The notes beneath the pieces were generated by a model. That model was not told the DNA's origin, did not search any database, and saw only the letters and a program-made list of their open reading frames with translations. Of a stretch of 64,000 bases of DNA, positions 27,622-38,474 are shown piece after piece. The stretch spans positions 1 to 64,000 of the forward strand of contig CBFIGY010000004.1 in assembly GCA_965662235.1 (NCBI GenBank), read 5' to 3'. Position numbers and translations under genes: made by a program. The number at the start of each line of letters is the position of its first letter. Position 1 is the first letter of the stretch. The DNA comes from an uncultured bacterium (lineage in GTDB: Bacteria > SAR324 > NAC60-12).

Positions 27622-30408
27622 ATGACGATGATCTGGCCCGTTCATGATTCCACCCTGATCCGTCGGATGCAGCTCATGTTGCTGCTGGCGGTGGTTTTTG
27701 GGGTGGCTTGGGCCTTTGCTGCGATTCAGCACCAGCGGGAGCTCGCAGAAAAGAGCCAGCAGTTTGCCCACTTTACTGAGCTGATGCAGGCGGCCGATGA
27801 GGTGATCCATCAGGTGCAGCAGGAACAGCACCATGCGGTCCTGTGGCTCGTGGCTCCAGAAGCACCTGAGCCAGAGCTGTACCGGATGCAGCAGCGTGAA
27901 ACACGCACCCGGGCTCAGCAGCTGGTGCAGCGGCTCCTAGAGCTGGGAGCCAGCTTTCCTGGGGTGGAAGACGCCTATGAGCCGGTCCGGAAGCAACTGG
28001 TCATTCTGGACGCCACCCGGGTGGCGGTCCGGGCACGTGAGCTTTCGCTGCGGGAAACCGTGCAGGCCTATACGGACCTCAACCTGGCGCTGCATCAGTT
28101 CCTTCGCTTGCCCATCACCCAGCACTTCAAGGAGCCTTTTCTGAACCAGCTGCTGGGGCTGCATTCCTTGATCCTGCTCCGGGAGCAAGCCACGTTGGAG
28201 CAGCTCTGGTTTCAGACCTTCTTCACCCTCAAACAACCGATGGGGCCCGCCGAACTGGAGGCCTGGATGGAGGCTCGGCACCGGCAGGAATGGGTCCGGA
28301 ACAACCGTACGTTTCTGTCGGAATCCCTGCGGCAGCAGCTTCAGGAAGTTAATGGAACCTTTGCGGCTCCCCTGGCGGGGTTGCGGAAACAGCTCCTGCA
28401 GAGCTTCTTTGAGCCAAAGCCACTGGAGGACCTGACGCCGATGCTGGCGGCCAATGACACGCGCCTGGAACGCCTGATGGCGCTGGAGGAACAGCTGCAG
28501 GAGGACCTGAAGCAGCAGGCCCGAGCAACGGAGGAGGCAGCCACCCAGTTCTGGTGGGGAACTGTGGCGTTGATCCTCTTGGTGGTCGTGGGCTTGCTGA
28601 GCGCCGGGAATGCACTGCTGCGCCGCTCCCGGAAGCGGGTGATGCAGGTGGTGGAGTGGGCACGTCTGGTGGCACAGGGAAAGCCGCTTCCGGAGATTCC
28701 AGAGGACCCGGATGATGAGTTCAGGGAGATCATTCAGGCGCTGAAGACCCTGGATCACAACCTCCTGATGCTGTCGCAGCAGGCGGAGCAGATTTTGGCC
28801 GGAAACCTGAGCTTCCGGGTGCCCAGCCGCTCAGAGCAGGACCGGCTCGCTGAGACCCTCAATCAAATGGCCACGAGCCTACAGGCGACCTGGGAGAAGG
28901 TGCTGGAGGAAAAGGCCCAGGTGGATCGGATTTTGGAGTCCCTGAGCGACCCGCTGTTTGTCGTGTCATCCGATTCCTACGTCACCCGCTGCAATCCGGC
29001 GGCGAAGCAACTCCTTGGGTATGAAGAGGGAGAGGTCCCAACGCTGTCCTTGGCAGAGCTGTTCAGTCAGATGAAGAGCCTGGAGCAGCTGTCGGCCACC
29101 GACTTTCTCAAAACCAAGGACGGCCGACACATTCCGGTGCTGGTCTCTGCAGCGCAGATGCCTCCGGGAAAACGTGAGGATCCGGAGCCTCAGGCAGCTG
29201 TGATTGTGGCCAAAGACGTTTCGGACCTTCGGGAGGCGCAACGCGAGCAGCTCAAGCTCCTGCGGGCCCTAGAGCAGAGCCGGGCCTCGGTGGTCATTAC
29301 CGACACCGACGGCATCATTGAGTACGTCAACCCCTACTTCTGTCAGATCTCAGGCTACTCTGCCGAAGAGGCCATTGGAGAGAATCCACGGGTGCTTCGT
29401 TCCGGGCACCACAGTGAGGACTACTACCGGGACCTCTGGGAGACCATTTCAGGTGGCGCGACCTGGCGAGGCGAGCTGCACAACCGGCACAAGGAGGGGA
29501 CCTTCTTTTGGGAGGATGCGACCATTACTCCGGTCCGGAACCGCGGAGGAGAGGTCATCAACTACATCGCCATCAAGGAAGATATCACGCAGCGCAAGGC
29601 ACTAGAAGAGGAGCTGAGCCAGTACCGGCAGCATCTGGAAGAACTGGTGGATGCCCGGACTGCAGAGCTCCAGCAGGCGCAGGAGCGGCTGATGCAGTCG
29701 GCCAAGCTCTCCTCACTGGCGGTGATGGGAACCGGAATGGCCCATGAGGTCAATCAACCATTGGCCTACATCAATGGGCTGCTGTTTGAACTGCAGGAGG
29801 ATCTGGAAAACAACGAGTTGAAGCCGGATGCGGTGCTTCTGGAGCTGCAGGAGGCTCAGCGACAGGTGCAGCGGATCAGCAAGATCCTGCAGCAACTCCG
29901 TTCCCTAGGACAGGAGCGGGGGCTGGAGTTTGCGCCCTGTGACCTTCCGGAGCTGTGGGAGGAGGCGGTTTCCCTGTCGCAGGGCCGGATTGCTGAGCTG
30001 CAGGTGGAGGTGCAGCGGACGTTTCCTGACGACTTGCCGCCAATTTCCGGAGACGCAATGCGGCTCATGCAGATGCTGCACGCGCTCATCCAGAACGCCC
30101 TGGACTCCATGGAATCAGCAACGGTCCGGACCCTCATGGTCACAGGACGGGCGCTGCCGACTTCCTGTGTGGAACTGGTGGTGCAGGACAGCGGCAGCGG
30201 CATTCCGGAAGCGGCGCTCCCGAAGGTCTTTGACCCGTTCTTCACGACCAAGGCGGTTGGAGAAGGGCAGGGGTTGGGCCTGGCGATGGCGTATGGCCTA
30301 GTCGCGAACCACCGGGGACAAATTGAGTGTCAGTCCACTGAAGGCGAAGGAACGCGCATCCTCATTCGCCTCCCCATCTCTCAAGAAGTCGACTTGCGCG
30401 AACGCTGA
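27622..30408 (+). CDS. Membrane sensor histidine kinase: NIT-like periplasmic domain, HAMP, 2 PAS, HisKA/HATPase
   Basis: Two TM helices flanking a ~270-aa all-helical domain, HAMP-like region, PAS (ITDTDGIIEYVNPYF..SGY...IGENPR), AHEVNQP, DSGSGI, FDPFFTTK..G.G.GLGL. Confidence 0.88.
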   Translation: MTMIWPVHDSTLIRRMQLMLLLAVVFGVAWAFAAIQHQRELAEKSQQFAHFTELMQAADEVIHQVQQEQHHAVLWLVAPEAPEPELYRMQQRETRTRAQQLVQRLLELGASFPGVEDAYEPVRKQLVILDATRVAVRARELSLRETVQAYTDLNLALHQFLRLPITQHFKEPFLNQLLGLHSLILLREQATLEQLWFQTFFTLKQPMGPAELEAWMEARHRQEWVRNNRTFLSESLRQQLQEVNGTFAAPLAGLRKQLLQSFFEPKPLEDLTPMLAANDTRLERLMALEEQLQEDLKQQARATEEAATQFWWGTVALILLVVVGLLSAGNALLRRSRKRVMQVVEWARLVAQGKPLPEIPEDPDDEFREIIQALKTLDHNLLMLSQQAEQILAGNLSFRVPSRSEQDRLAETLNQMATSLQATWEKVLEEKAQVDRILESLSDPLFVVSSDSYVTRCNPAAKQLLGYEEGEVPTLSLAELFSQMKSLEQLSATDFLKTKDGRHIPVLVSAAQMPPGKREDPEPQAAVIVAKDVSDLREAQREQLKLLRALEQSRASVVITDTDGIIEYVNPYFCQISGYSAEEAIGENPRVLRSGHHSEDYYRDLWETISGGATWRGELHNRHKEGTFFWEDATITPVRNRGGEVINYIAIKEDITQRKALEEELSQYRQHLEELVDARTAELQQAQERLMQSAKLSSLAVMGTGMAHEVNQPLAYINGLLFELQEDLENNELKPDAVLLELQEAQRQVQRISKILQQLRSLGQERGLEFAPCDLPELWEEAVSLSQGRIAELQVEVQRTFPDDLPPISGDAMRLMQMLHALIQNALDSMESATVRTLMVTGRALPTSCVELVVQDSGSGIPEAALPKVFDPFFTTKAVGEGQGLGLAMAYGLVANHRGQIECQSTEGEGTRILIRLPISQEVDLRER

Positions 30409-31235
30409 GCCGGACGGGGTTCTGCCGCAACAGGATCTGGGAGCCAGAGCCGACCCACCCCAATCCAAATCAAGGCCGCCAGTACCATGACCACACTGAT
30501 GCCGTAGGGCGCTAGGATGATGGTGTCGCCAACGGTCAGGAATTGGTTGTCCATCCGGAAGGGCGTCAGGGCGGAGCGGATGACCGCGTACCCAATCAGG
30601 TACAGGGCCGAGAGCATCCCAGGACGGAAATTTCGGAGCCGGAGGCGCCAGAGCAGGACAAAGAGCACGGCGTTGGCCAGCGACTCATAGATCATTGTGG
30701 GGTGCACAGGTTGTCCCTGAGCGTAACGGTCCACCACGGTGCCTTCCGGAAAGACCACGCCGGTCCAGGCATCGGTGACCGGTCCGGCGGCCTCGCCGTT
30801 GGTAAAGTTTCCCCAGCGCCCAATGGCTTGCCCCTGAATGATGCAGAGGGTGGCAATGTCGAGCATCGCGGAGAGCGAGATGCGCTTCCAGCGGCAGTAG
30901 GCCAGCAACGACAGGGGGCCAAACACAATGGCGCCGTGAATCGCGAGCCCGCCTTCCCAAACCGCGAAGACCTTCCACCACTCCTGATGGGCGTAGTAGT
31001 TGGGCCACTCCATGAACACCTCATAAGTCCGGCCTCCCAGCAGCCCTGCGAGGAAGATGAGGAGGGTGCAGTTCATGGCCTCATCCTCCGTCAGACCAAT
31101 CCGGCGCCGGGTCACTTCATGCAGCACAATCTTGGAGCCGATCAGGACCGAGATGGCGTAAAACAAACCATAAAAGCGGGGTTCAAGCGTGATGCCGAGG
31201 AAGGGGAGTTCTAGTGAGAAAAGGGTCGGAAACAT
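30381..31235 (-). CDS. lgt: Prolipoprotein diacylglyceryl transferase
   Basis: RFYGL, WEGGLAIHGA, GQAIGRWGNF.NGE, HPTMIYES. Confidence 0.95.
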   Translation of the reverse strand: MFPTLFSLELPFLGITLEPRFYGLFYAISVLIGSKIVLHEVTRRRIGLTEDEAMNCTLLIFLAGLLGGRTYEVFMEWPNYYAHQEWWKVFAVWEGGLAIHGAIVFGPLSLLAYCRWKRISLSAMLDIATLCIIQGQAIGRWGNFTNGEAAGPVTDAWTGVVFPEGTVVDRYAQGQPVHPTMIYESLANAVLFVLLWRLRLRNFRPGMLSALYLIGYAVIRSALTPFRMDNQFLTVGDTIILAPYGISVVMVLAALIWIGVGRLWLPDPVAAEPRPAQRSRKSTS

Positions 31236-31987
31236 CAGGAAGTTGGGGAAAGGGCCAAGGCGTTTGCCAGGACCGCTTTTTGGACAGAGATGTGTGAGCG
31301 GATGCCGGCGTCAGCAAGGTCGAGGAAGGCGTTAAGTTGTTCGCGACTGAAGGTCTTGCCCTCAGCGGTGCCCTGCAGTTCCACAAAGGTTCCGTCTTCC
31401 AGCATCACAACATTCATGTCCACTTCGGCATCGCGGTCCTCATCGTACTTCAGGTCCAGCAGTGGGGTGCCTGCCACGAGTCCCACGCTGATGGCGGCAA
31501 GGTGCTGCTGGATGGGGAAGGTGGGCAGCTGCCCCTTCGCCTGCAGGGCCCGCAGCGCCAGAACGAGGGCGACAAAGGCGCCGGTGATGGAAGCGGTCCG
31601 GGTGCCGCCGTCGGCTTGAATGACGTCGCAGTCGATCCAGATGGCATGTGGCTTGAGCGCGTCTAGGTCGGTGACGGAGCGGAGGGACCGTCCGATCAGT
31701 CGCTGAATCTCCTGCGACCGACCGTCCACCTTACCGGTTTCCCGGCGTTTGCGGGTGCCGGTGGAGCGGGGGAGCATGCCGTATTCTGCCGTGACCCAGC
31801 CGTGTCGGGGTTGTCCATCCGGGCCACGGAGCCACGGAGGCGCGTCTCGCTCCACAGAGGCGGTGCAGATGACCTTGGTGAGACCACACTCGACGAGCAC
31901 GGAGCCTTCAGCGTGGATGAGGTAGTCAGGGGTGATCGTCAGGGGACGCGCCTCGTGGGGCGTCCGGCCGTCGGTTCGTGCAGTCAT
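31235..31987 (-). CDS. rph: Ribonuclease PH
   Basis: [57 protein letters not shown]. Confidence 0.96.
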   Translation of the reverse strand: MTARTDGRTPHEARPLTITPDYLIHAEGSVLVECGLTKVICTASVERDAPPWLRGPDGQPRHGWVTAEYGMLPRSTGTRKRRETGKVDGRSQEIQRLIGRSLRSVTDLDALKPHAIWIDCDVIQADGGTRTASITGAFVALVLALRALQAKGQLPTFPIQQHLAAISVGLVAGTPLLDLKYDEDRDAEVDMNVVMLEDGTFVELQGTAEGKTFSREQLNAFLDLADAGIRSHISVQKAVLANALALSPTS

Positions 31988-34098
31988 GGAACGTGTCGTG
32001 AAAAAGGTTGGCCGGTGGAGGCGCCGGATTCGTAGTGGTTCTGCAGTGTCCGGATGCCCTTGCTGTCTCCGATGAGGGTCAGTCGGTCTCCTTCCCGGAG
32101 GGGGGTATTGCCCTGGGGAACCAGGGTGATGTTGCCGCGCCGGATGAGGGCCACCAGGCAGCCTTCCGGAAGCTGAACCTCACGCAACAAGCGACCAATG
32201 AGGTCGGAGGTTGCCGTGTTGGCCTGTAGCCTCAGCGAAAGGAAACGCTCGTTGCGGAGCAGAACCTCCTTGAGCTCTTGATCGGTGGCCGCATCCAGCC
32301 ACTCTTCAAGGAAGTGCTCCTCATCGACCCGGTTTGCGACTTGGGCAAGGATGCGCAGGTGCTGCCCGGGGTTGTCACTTGGGCTGACAAAGAAGAAGAA
32401 CGCGTGGATGGGACCCGTCTCCAGCAGCTCCCCACTGGGTCCAGGAGACTGAACAAAGGCGCCGGGACGGCAACGGACCATGACCATTTCGGCCTGTTCC
32501 AGTCCGGGGCGCCGGGCATGAGGCAGAGCCGCTCCTCCGGCGATGGGGGTGGCGCCAATGCGGCTTCCCTCCAGAAACTCCCGGAGCAGCTCCGTTTCTG
32601 AAAGGTTGAGGCGGAAGGCCAGGTTCTGTGCCGCCCGCTGGGCGAGGTCCTCAAAGGACTCACTGGCAGCACGGTCCAGGACGGCAGCCCGGGCGACCAC
32701 TTCGTCAAAGGGGTCTTCCAGCCGAGCGCCCTTTTCCTTCATGATGCCCCGGAGCTCACGGTCTAGGCCCACGTCCCGGAACTCACCAAGACGCGCAAAC
32801 AGGTGGTAGATGGCCCCGGTCCGGATGACCTGCTTACGGGCATAGGCGACGTACCACACGACGCCAGTGGCAATGAGGGCTAAGGTGAAGAGGATGGGCA
32901 GCAGGCCCATCTCTGCAATGAGCACCAGCGGCGCGAAGGCCCCAAAGATCTGCATCCAGGGATACAGCGGTGACCGGTATCCGGCGTCATACGACTCCAG
33001 CCCACTCTCACGCATGACGACCACGGCGAGGCACAGCAGGGAGAACATCAGGAGCTGAAAGGCGCTGGCGAGTTTGGCGATCTTGGTCACATCAAACATC
33101 CAGATCATGGCAATGATCGCCAGAACCGTCACCCAGATGCCAACGATGGGAGCCCCGGAACGTCCCACCCGAGCAAATCGCCGGGGCAGAAGGTGGTCCC
33201 GACTCATCGCCAGCGGGTAGCGGGACGCGCTGAGGATGCCGGCGTTGGCCACCGAAGAGAACGCAAGAAGCGCGGCAAAGGTGAGCAGAATCTTCCCCGG
33301 GGGTCCAAACAGCACCTCTGCAGCCGAAGCCACGGGAGTGAGGTCGTTCTGCAGCTCCTCTCCCGGCAAGAGCCCAACAATCACCACAGCGCCGACGCCA
33401 TACACGGTCAAAGCGGTGCCGATGGCGAGGAAGATGCCGAGGGGGAGGTTCCGTTCAGGATTACGGATTTCTTCAGAGACGCTGGCGATCTTGGTGACGC
33501 CGACGTAACTGACGTACACGAGCCCGGCGGTGGAGAAGATGGCCAGGGTTCCTTTGTCAAAGAAGCCCTCGAAGCGTTGCGGCTCCACCTTGGGAACGCC
33601 ACTGCCGAGGAAGAGGAACAGAATGGTCAGGAGTCCGGCCACCATCCACACCTGCAGGGAGCCACTTTTCTTGGAGCCAAAGAGGTTCATGACCCCAAAG
33701 GCGAGGGCCAGAACCGTGGCCACCAGCAGGGTCGGCAGCTCCGGCCAGAAGATGCTCAGGTAGGCGCCAATGCCAATCAGCGAGAACGCGGTCTTGAGAT
33801 TGAGCGCAAACCAGGTTCCCAGTCCACCGATGGTGCCGACGAGCGGACCCAGGCTTCGGTCGAGGAAGTAGTACGCCCCACCGGCCCGGGGCATTGCCGT
33901 GGAGAGCTCAACCACACTGAACATTGCCGGGATCAGGGGGATCGCCGCAATCAGGTAGCTCAGGATCATGGCCGGACCCGCCTCCCGGAAGGCAATGCCC
34001 GGCAGCAGAAAGAATCCGGCACTCAGGGTGGTGCCCGTCGCAATGGCATAGACGTTCAGGAGCGAAAGCTCCTTCCGCATGGATCCACGATCACTCAT
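31984..34098 (-). CDS. APC-family amino-acid permease fused to PTS EIIA-like and TrkA-C (RCK_C) domains
   Basis: ~12-TM APC core ([37 protein letters not shown]), EIIA-like [14 protein letters not shown]...HLRILAQV, and C-terminal [23 protein letters not shown]...PQGNT.L.EGDRL. Confidence 0.85.
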   Translation of the reverse strand: MSDRGSMRKELSLLNVYAIATGTTLSAGFFLLPGIAFREAGPAMILSYLIAAIPLIPAMFSVVELSTAMPRAGGAYYFLDRSLGPLVGTIGGLGTWFALNLKTAFSLIGIGAYLSIFWPELPTLLVATVLALAFGVMNLFGSKKSGSLQVWMVAGLLTILFLFLGSGVPKVEPQRFEGFFDKGTLAIFSTAGLVYVSYVGVTKIASVSEEIRNPERNLPLGIFLAIGTALTVYGVGAVVIVGLLPGEELQNDLTPVASAAEVLFGPPGKILLTFAALLAFSSVANAGILSASRYPLAMSRDHLLPRRFARVGRSGAPIVGIWVTVLAIIAMIWMFDVTKIAKLASAFQLLMFSLLCLAVVVMRESGLESYDAGYRSPLYPWMQIFGAFAPLVLIAEMGLLPILFTLALIATGVVWYVAYARKQVIRTGAIYHLFARLGEFRDVGLDRELRGIMKEKGARLEDPFDEVVARAAVLDRAASESFEDLAQRAAQNLAFRLNLSETELLREFLEGSRIGATPIAGGAALPHARRPGLEQAEMVMVRCRPGAFVQSPGPSGELLETGPIHAFFFFVSPSDNPGQHLRILAQVANRVDEEHFLEEWLDAATDQELKEVLLRNERFLSLRLQANTATSDLIGRLLREVQLPEGCLVALIRRGNITLVPQGNTPLREGDRLTLIGDSKGIRTLQNHYESGASTGQPFSRHVP

Positions 34099-34104
34099 CA
34101 GGCC

Positions 34105-34764
34105 TCATTCATTCCGAATGACTTCCATGTCTGCACCGACCTCAAAGTGGAACGCTTCATCCGGAAGCATCACTCCACGGTCGACCTCGGACAGGCGAAT
34201 TTCCCGGACGTTGCCCTGCAGGTCGGCAATGGCCAGGGCCTGCAGCTCCAGGGTTTCAGAGTTCACTTCCAGTTGCATCAGTTCCAGGTTGGCCAGAGGC
34301 TCCCGAGGCTTCAGTTCCACAACAAGGCCCCGCTCTTGGGTGAAGAGGGTCTGGCTGACTTCCTGCGCCTGAAAGTCCTGCCCCAGGTCTCCCAGTCCCA
34401 GAAGGAACGAAAGCGCGGTGCCGGTGGCCACAGCGTTCAGGGGCTGGATGGTGACGTTTTCCAGCAGCGGGTCATAGAGCCAAAGGGTGTCGCCATCGGT
34501 CACAATCAGCTGCTCCTCCGGAGTCTCATACTGCCACCGCATCTTCCCACGCTTGTACTGAAGGACCCCTTCGGCCTGCCGAGGCTCACTGCCGGTCCGC
34601 CGGTCCCGTTGGGCAAAGTGTGCCGTGAAACTGGAGGTTTCTAGGTAGCGTTGCTGAATGCCCTGCAGCAGGTCTTCAGCGCTTTGCTGGGCAGCCAGCG
34701 AAAGGGGCAGCAGCAGGAGCCCGAGCGTCAGCAGGGGCTTAACGAGCTTGACGAAAGAAATCAC
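34105..34764 (-). CDS. lolA: Outer-membrane lipoprotein carrier protein
   Basis: Signal peptide, FTAHFAQ, GKMRWQYETPEEQLIVTDGDTLWLYDP.LE.V, C-terminal F.F. Confidence 0.88.
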   Translation of the reverse strand: MISFVKLVKPLLTLGLLLLPLSLAAQQSAEDLLQGIQQRYLETSSFTAHFAQRDRRTGSEPRQAEGVLQYKRGKMRWQYETPEEQLIVTDGDTLWLYDPLLENVTIQPLNAVATGTALSFLLGLGDLGQDFQAQEVSQTLFTQERGLVVELKPREPLANLELMQLEVNSETLELQALAIADLQGNVREIRLSEVDRGVMLPDEAFHFEVGADMEVIRNE

Positions 34765-35842
34765 GGACAGTCTCCAAGAAAGAACGAGAATTTTGATCGA
34801 TTTTCATCAATTGATACAAGCCAAAGAGCGAAATCGCAATGGGCGGCAGCCAGAGGGTGTGGGGGGTCTGCCTCATTCCGGAAACCAGCTCCTTGGAGCC
34901 CAGCCAGAGGATGTAGTGTCCTAGCACCAGAATCAGGGCCCGGAGGTAGGCGCCGGTGCGGCCGTGCCGGGGGTTGCTGACCCCGAGGGGCACCATTGCC
35001 AGAGCAAAGGCAAAGCAGGCCCAGGGCGTGGTCAGGCGGAGCAACAGCTCCATCTGACTGGAGGCATTGGACTGCTGAAGCAGCTGAGCGGTGGGGACGC
35101 CCCAGATGTGTCCGTTTTGTTCCGCGGCATCAATCTGCGGAGGACGGAAGGAGTAGCGGAACGTCTCAAAGTCGATCATCCGGTACGCCCCTGCGGCGCC
35201 TTCAAGGTGGATGGTCCCCTGAGCGAGGTTCAGGGAAAGGCCCTGCTCCTTTTCGTCAATTTCCACCCGCCCAGTCTCTGCGACCGTGACCATGGATTCG
35301 GCCGTGAGGTCCCGGTCGGCAATGAAGACGCCGGCAAGCTGGTCGTCCTCCGTCCGTTCCTGAACGTACAGAACCTTCCCAGGGAAGTCGTAGCTGAGGA
35401 TCTTGGGCTGAATGGTCCGGGCGGTCTGGCTTTTGAGGATCCGGAGCTTCTCCGCCTCGAACGCGGCATACCCGGCGGGTTGGAGCCAAAGGGTGATCAC
35501 CAGGGCGATGCTGGTGGTGAGCAGGCCAAAGGCAAAGATGGGCTGTCCAATCCGCCAGAGGCTGTATCCGGACGCCTTGAGGGCCGTGAGTTCGAGGTCG
35601 GCCGACAGCCGGACAATCAGCAACGACACCGAGACCACAATGGCCAGCGGCAGGGTCACCGAAAGGAACTGAGGCAGACGGTAGAGCAGCATCAGCACCA
35701 CGCTTCCCACCCCCACCCCACGCTCCACAATCAGGTTGATGAGCCGGTAGACCGTGTCGATGGACAGAATAAAGGTCAGCACCCCGGTCGAGAGTAAAAA
35801 AGCCGGCAGGAGCTGAAGGAACAGCGATCGGAACAGGAGCAT
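34739..35842 (-). CDS. lptF: LPS export ABC permease (LptF/LptG family, LptF-like)
   Basis: 3+3 TM layout, LPQFLSVTLP, RLSADLELTALKASGYS, periplasmic jellyroll region. ATG at 35842; the ORF track begins at 35875. Confidence 0.85.
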   Translation of the reverse strand: MLLFRSLFLQLLPAFLLSTGVLTFILSIDTVYRLINLIVERGVGVGSVVLMLLYRLPQFLSVTLPLAIVVSVSLLIVRLSADLELTALKASGYSLWRIGQPIFAFGLLTTSIALVITLWLQPAGYAAFEAEKLRILKSQTARTIQPKILSYDFPGKVLYVQERTEDDQLAGVFIADRDLTAESMVTVAETGRVEIDEKEQGLSLNLAQGTIHLEGAAGAYRMIDFETFRYSFRPPQIDAAEQNGHIWGVPTAQLLQQSNASSQMELLLRLTTPWACFAFALAMVPLGVSNPRHGRTGAYLRALILVLGHYILWLGSKELVSGMRQTPHTLWLPPIAISLFGLYQLMKIDQNSRSFLETVRDFFRQAR

Positions 35843-36152
35843 GCTGAGTATTGGAGGCAATGAGCCGGAAGGCACTTAGAATCTGCCCCCTATCGTAGCG
35901 ATTCCTGGGCATTCCAGCAATGCGCGAATGCGTCCGGAGGCACAAACCCGGCTTTGTTTCCGAGGCTTGCGCAAAGTCAGGCAAGTGATTATGATGAGTT
36001 GCGTTTTTGCCTAGGTTCTGTCCAACTCAGGCCAAAACGGTTTTCCAGACTGACAACGAGAGCTTCCTGCCAAGACTGATACCCAGGAGGAGTCCCGCTT
36101 TTCCGGCGCCTCTCCCTCCTTTGCCTTCACCACCTCAAATCTGAGGCTACTG

Positions 36153-36794
36153 TTGCCAACAACCTTTCCTGCACCACCTCCCCCCCCGTACCCGGAGCGG
36201 ATTGCCAAAGAAGAGCTTCAGGACCTCCCTGTGGCGGCCTTTCCTGGAAACATCCACATCATTGAGTCACCTGAACAGGTTGCTGAGGCCGTCCGGAAGA
36301 TGCGGTACGAGCGACGGCTGGGATTTGACACGGAGACACGGCCGGCCTTCCAGCGTGGAGAGTCCTACCCTGTGGCGCTGCTGCAGCTGTCGACCGTCAC
36401 AGACGCGTTTCTCTTTCGCCTCAACACCCTTGGGCTTCCTGAAGAAGTGATCGACGTGTTGGCAGATCCGCAGATTCTGAAGGTCGGAGTCGCTATTCGA
36501 GACGACATCCGGACGTTGCAGAAGCTGAAGATGTTCCAACCGCAAGGGTTTGTGGAATTGGCAGAGATTGCAGAGAGCATGAAGATTGTCACCCGGGGCC
36601 TCCGGAACCTTGCCGCCATCTGGCTGGGGGTCCGCATCTCCAAAAAGGCACAGCTCTCCAACTGGGAGAAGCCTGACCTAGACGAGTCGCAGCGCAGCTA
36701 TGCGGCCACAGACGCTTGGATCTGCCTGCAGATGTACCGAACCCTCTCGCAGCGCAACCTCCTGCCCCGAGAGTTCCGTCAGAAGAGCCTCTGA
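36153..36794 (+). CDS. 3'-5' exonuclease (RNase D/WRN-exo DEDDy family)
   Basis: LGFDTETRP (ExoI), LLQLS, KVGVAIRDD (ExoII), SNWE, YAATDAW (ExoIII). Confidence 0.9.
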   Translation: MPTTFPAPPPPPYPERIAKEELQDLPVAAFPGNIHIIESPEQVAEAVRKMRYERRLGFDTETRPAFQRGESYPVALLQLSTVTDAFLFRLNTLGLPEEVIDVLADPQILKVGVAIRDDIRTLQKLKMFQPQGFVELAEIAESMKIVTRGLRNLAAIWLGVRISKKAQLSNWEKPDLDESQRSYAATDAWICLQMYRTLSQRNLLPREFRQKSL

Positions 36795-38473
36795 TGCGCA
36801 AGGAGTGGGTGCTTCCGGACAAGCAGGACGACCGCCAGGTTCAGGAACTGATGAAGGCGCATCAGCTGAACGCGCTGGTAGCCGAACTGCTGGTCCGCCG
36901 AGGGTACGCGTCTCCGGAAGACGCCGGACGCTTCCTCTCTCCTGATTTTTCGGAGCTGCATGATCCGTTGCTGATGCGGCACATGCCTGAAGCCGTGCAG
37001 CTGCTCCGGGACGCCCTTCACCAGCAAAAACGGGTGGTCATTCTGGGAGACTACGATGTGGACGGCGTCACCGGAACGGCGCTGCTGCTCGACTTCTTCC
37101 AGTCCTGTGGCTTCCAAGACCTCGGGTTCTTCATTCCCAACCGAGTGGACCACGGCTATGGCCTGACGCCCGCAAGCGCAGCAGAGGTGGCCGCCATGAA
37201 GCCGGACCTGGTGGTCACGGTGGACAACGGCATCACCGCGGGTCCGGAGACAGCCGACCTAGAGGCCCAGGGCATGACCGTCTTGGTCACCGATCACCAC
37301 CTGGCCGATCCGCAGAAGCTTCCTCAGGGGCTGGTCCTCAACCCCAATCACCCGCAGTGCGATTACCCCTTCAAGAAGATCTCCGGATGTGGTGTGGCCC
37401 TGAAGCTTGCCATGGCGCTGCGTCGCGCCTTGCGGGAAGAGGGCTGGTGGAACGCGGACCGTCCGGAACCCAACCTGCGCCTGTTGCTGGACCTGGCCGC
37501 CTTGGGAACCGTCGCCGATGTGGTTCCCCTCGTGGATGAAAACCGGGTGATGGTGCACCATGGCCTCAAGGTTCTCAATGAAGGACACCGGCTCGCCTTC
37601 CGGGTGCTGCAGCGTCTCAAGCAGGTGCCTGTTGTGACAGCGCAGACGCTGGGGTGGAAGTATGGACCGCTTATCAATGCCGTGGGGCGCCTCCAAGATG
37701 CCGCTCCTGCTGTACACCTGCTGCTGAGCGCTGATGAAGACGAAGCCTTGGGGCTGGCAGAGGAGCTGGATGCGATCAACCTCCAGCGTCGCGAGCTGGG
37801 AGACGAGATGCTTGAGGCCGCCATGCAGATGGCATCGGGACAGCGCAACCAGCGAGGCGTGGTGGTCTTTCACCCGGAGTTCCATGAAGGCGTCAATGGC
37901 ATTGTTGCTGCCCGGTTGGTGGAACGTTTGCACAAACCCGTGGTCGTCTTCAGCGAAAGCAACGGGCTGCTCAAAGGGTCCGGGCGCTCCATTCCGGAAC
38001 TGCACCTCAAAGACGCGTTTGACGCCTGTGCCGAACACCTGGCGCGCTACGGAGGACATGCTGCCGCAGCAGGGTGCTCGGTGCATCCGGATCAGCTGGA
38101 AGCGTTTCAGGCCCAGTTTGCTGAGGTCTGTGCCCGTCGGCTTCCCCATCAACTGACACCCAAGCTGGAACTTGATGGCCGGGTGGATCCGGGACAGCTG
38201 TCCCTTGGACTGGTGCAGCAGCTTCAGCGCCTAGAGCCCTTTGGCGCCGCCAATCCGGAACCCCTCTTTGCCTGCCCAACTCCAACCGTACCGTTTCAGA
38301 CACTCAAGGAAAAGCACGTCAAGTGGCAACTCGGAGAGAGTGTGGAGATGATCGGTTGGAACCTCGCAGAGCCCATGGAACACGCCCTTCCCGATCAATT
38401 GGCGGTCACGTTGGGGATCAATGAATTCCGAGGGCGCCGCAAGGTGCAACTGATGATTCGAGAGGCTGTTTAA
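36794..38473 (+). CDS. recJ: Single-stranded-DNA-specific exonuclease RecJ
   Basis: GDYDVDG, GYGL, TVDNGI, TDHH, GTVADVVPL..ENR, GSGRS, GGHAAAAG, LEPFG..NPEP. ATG overlaps the upstream stop (TGATG). Confidence 0.95.
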   Translation: MRKEWVLPDKQDDRQVQELMKAHQLNALVAELLVRRGYASPEDAGRFLSPDFSELHDPLLMRHMPEAVQLLRDALHQQKRVVILGDYDVDGVTGTALLLDFFQSCGFQDLGFFIPNRVDHGYGLTPASAAEVAAMKPDLVVTVDNGITAGPETADLEAQGMTVLVTDHHLADPQKLPQGLVLNPNHPQCDYPFKKISGCGVALKLAMALRRALREEGWWNADRPEPNLRLLLDLAALGTVADVVPLVDENRVMVHHGLKVLNEGHRLAFRVLQRLKQVPVVTAQTLGWKYGPLINAVGRLQDAAPAVHLLLSADEDEALGLAEELDAINLQRRELGDEMLEAAMQMASGQRNQRGVVVFHPEFHEGVNGIVAARLVERLHKPVVVFSESNGLLKGSGRSIPELHLKDAFDACAEHLARYGGHAAAAGCSVHPDQLEAFQAQFAEVCARRLPHQLTPKLELDGRVDPGQLSLGLVQQLQRLEPFGAANPEPLFACPTPTVPFQTLKEKHVKWQLGESVEMIGWNLAEPMEHALPDQLAVTLGINEFRGRRKVQLMIREAV

Positions 38474-38474
38474 G

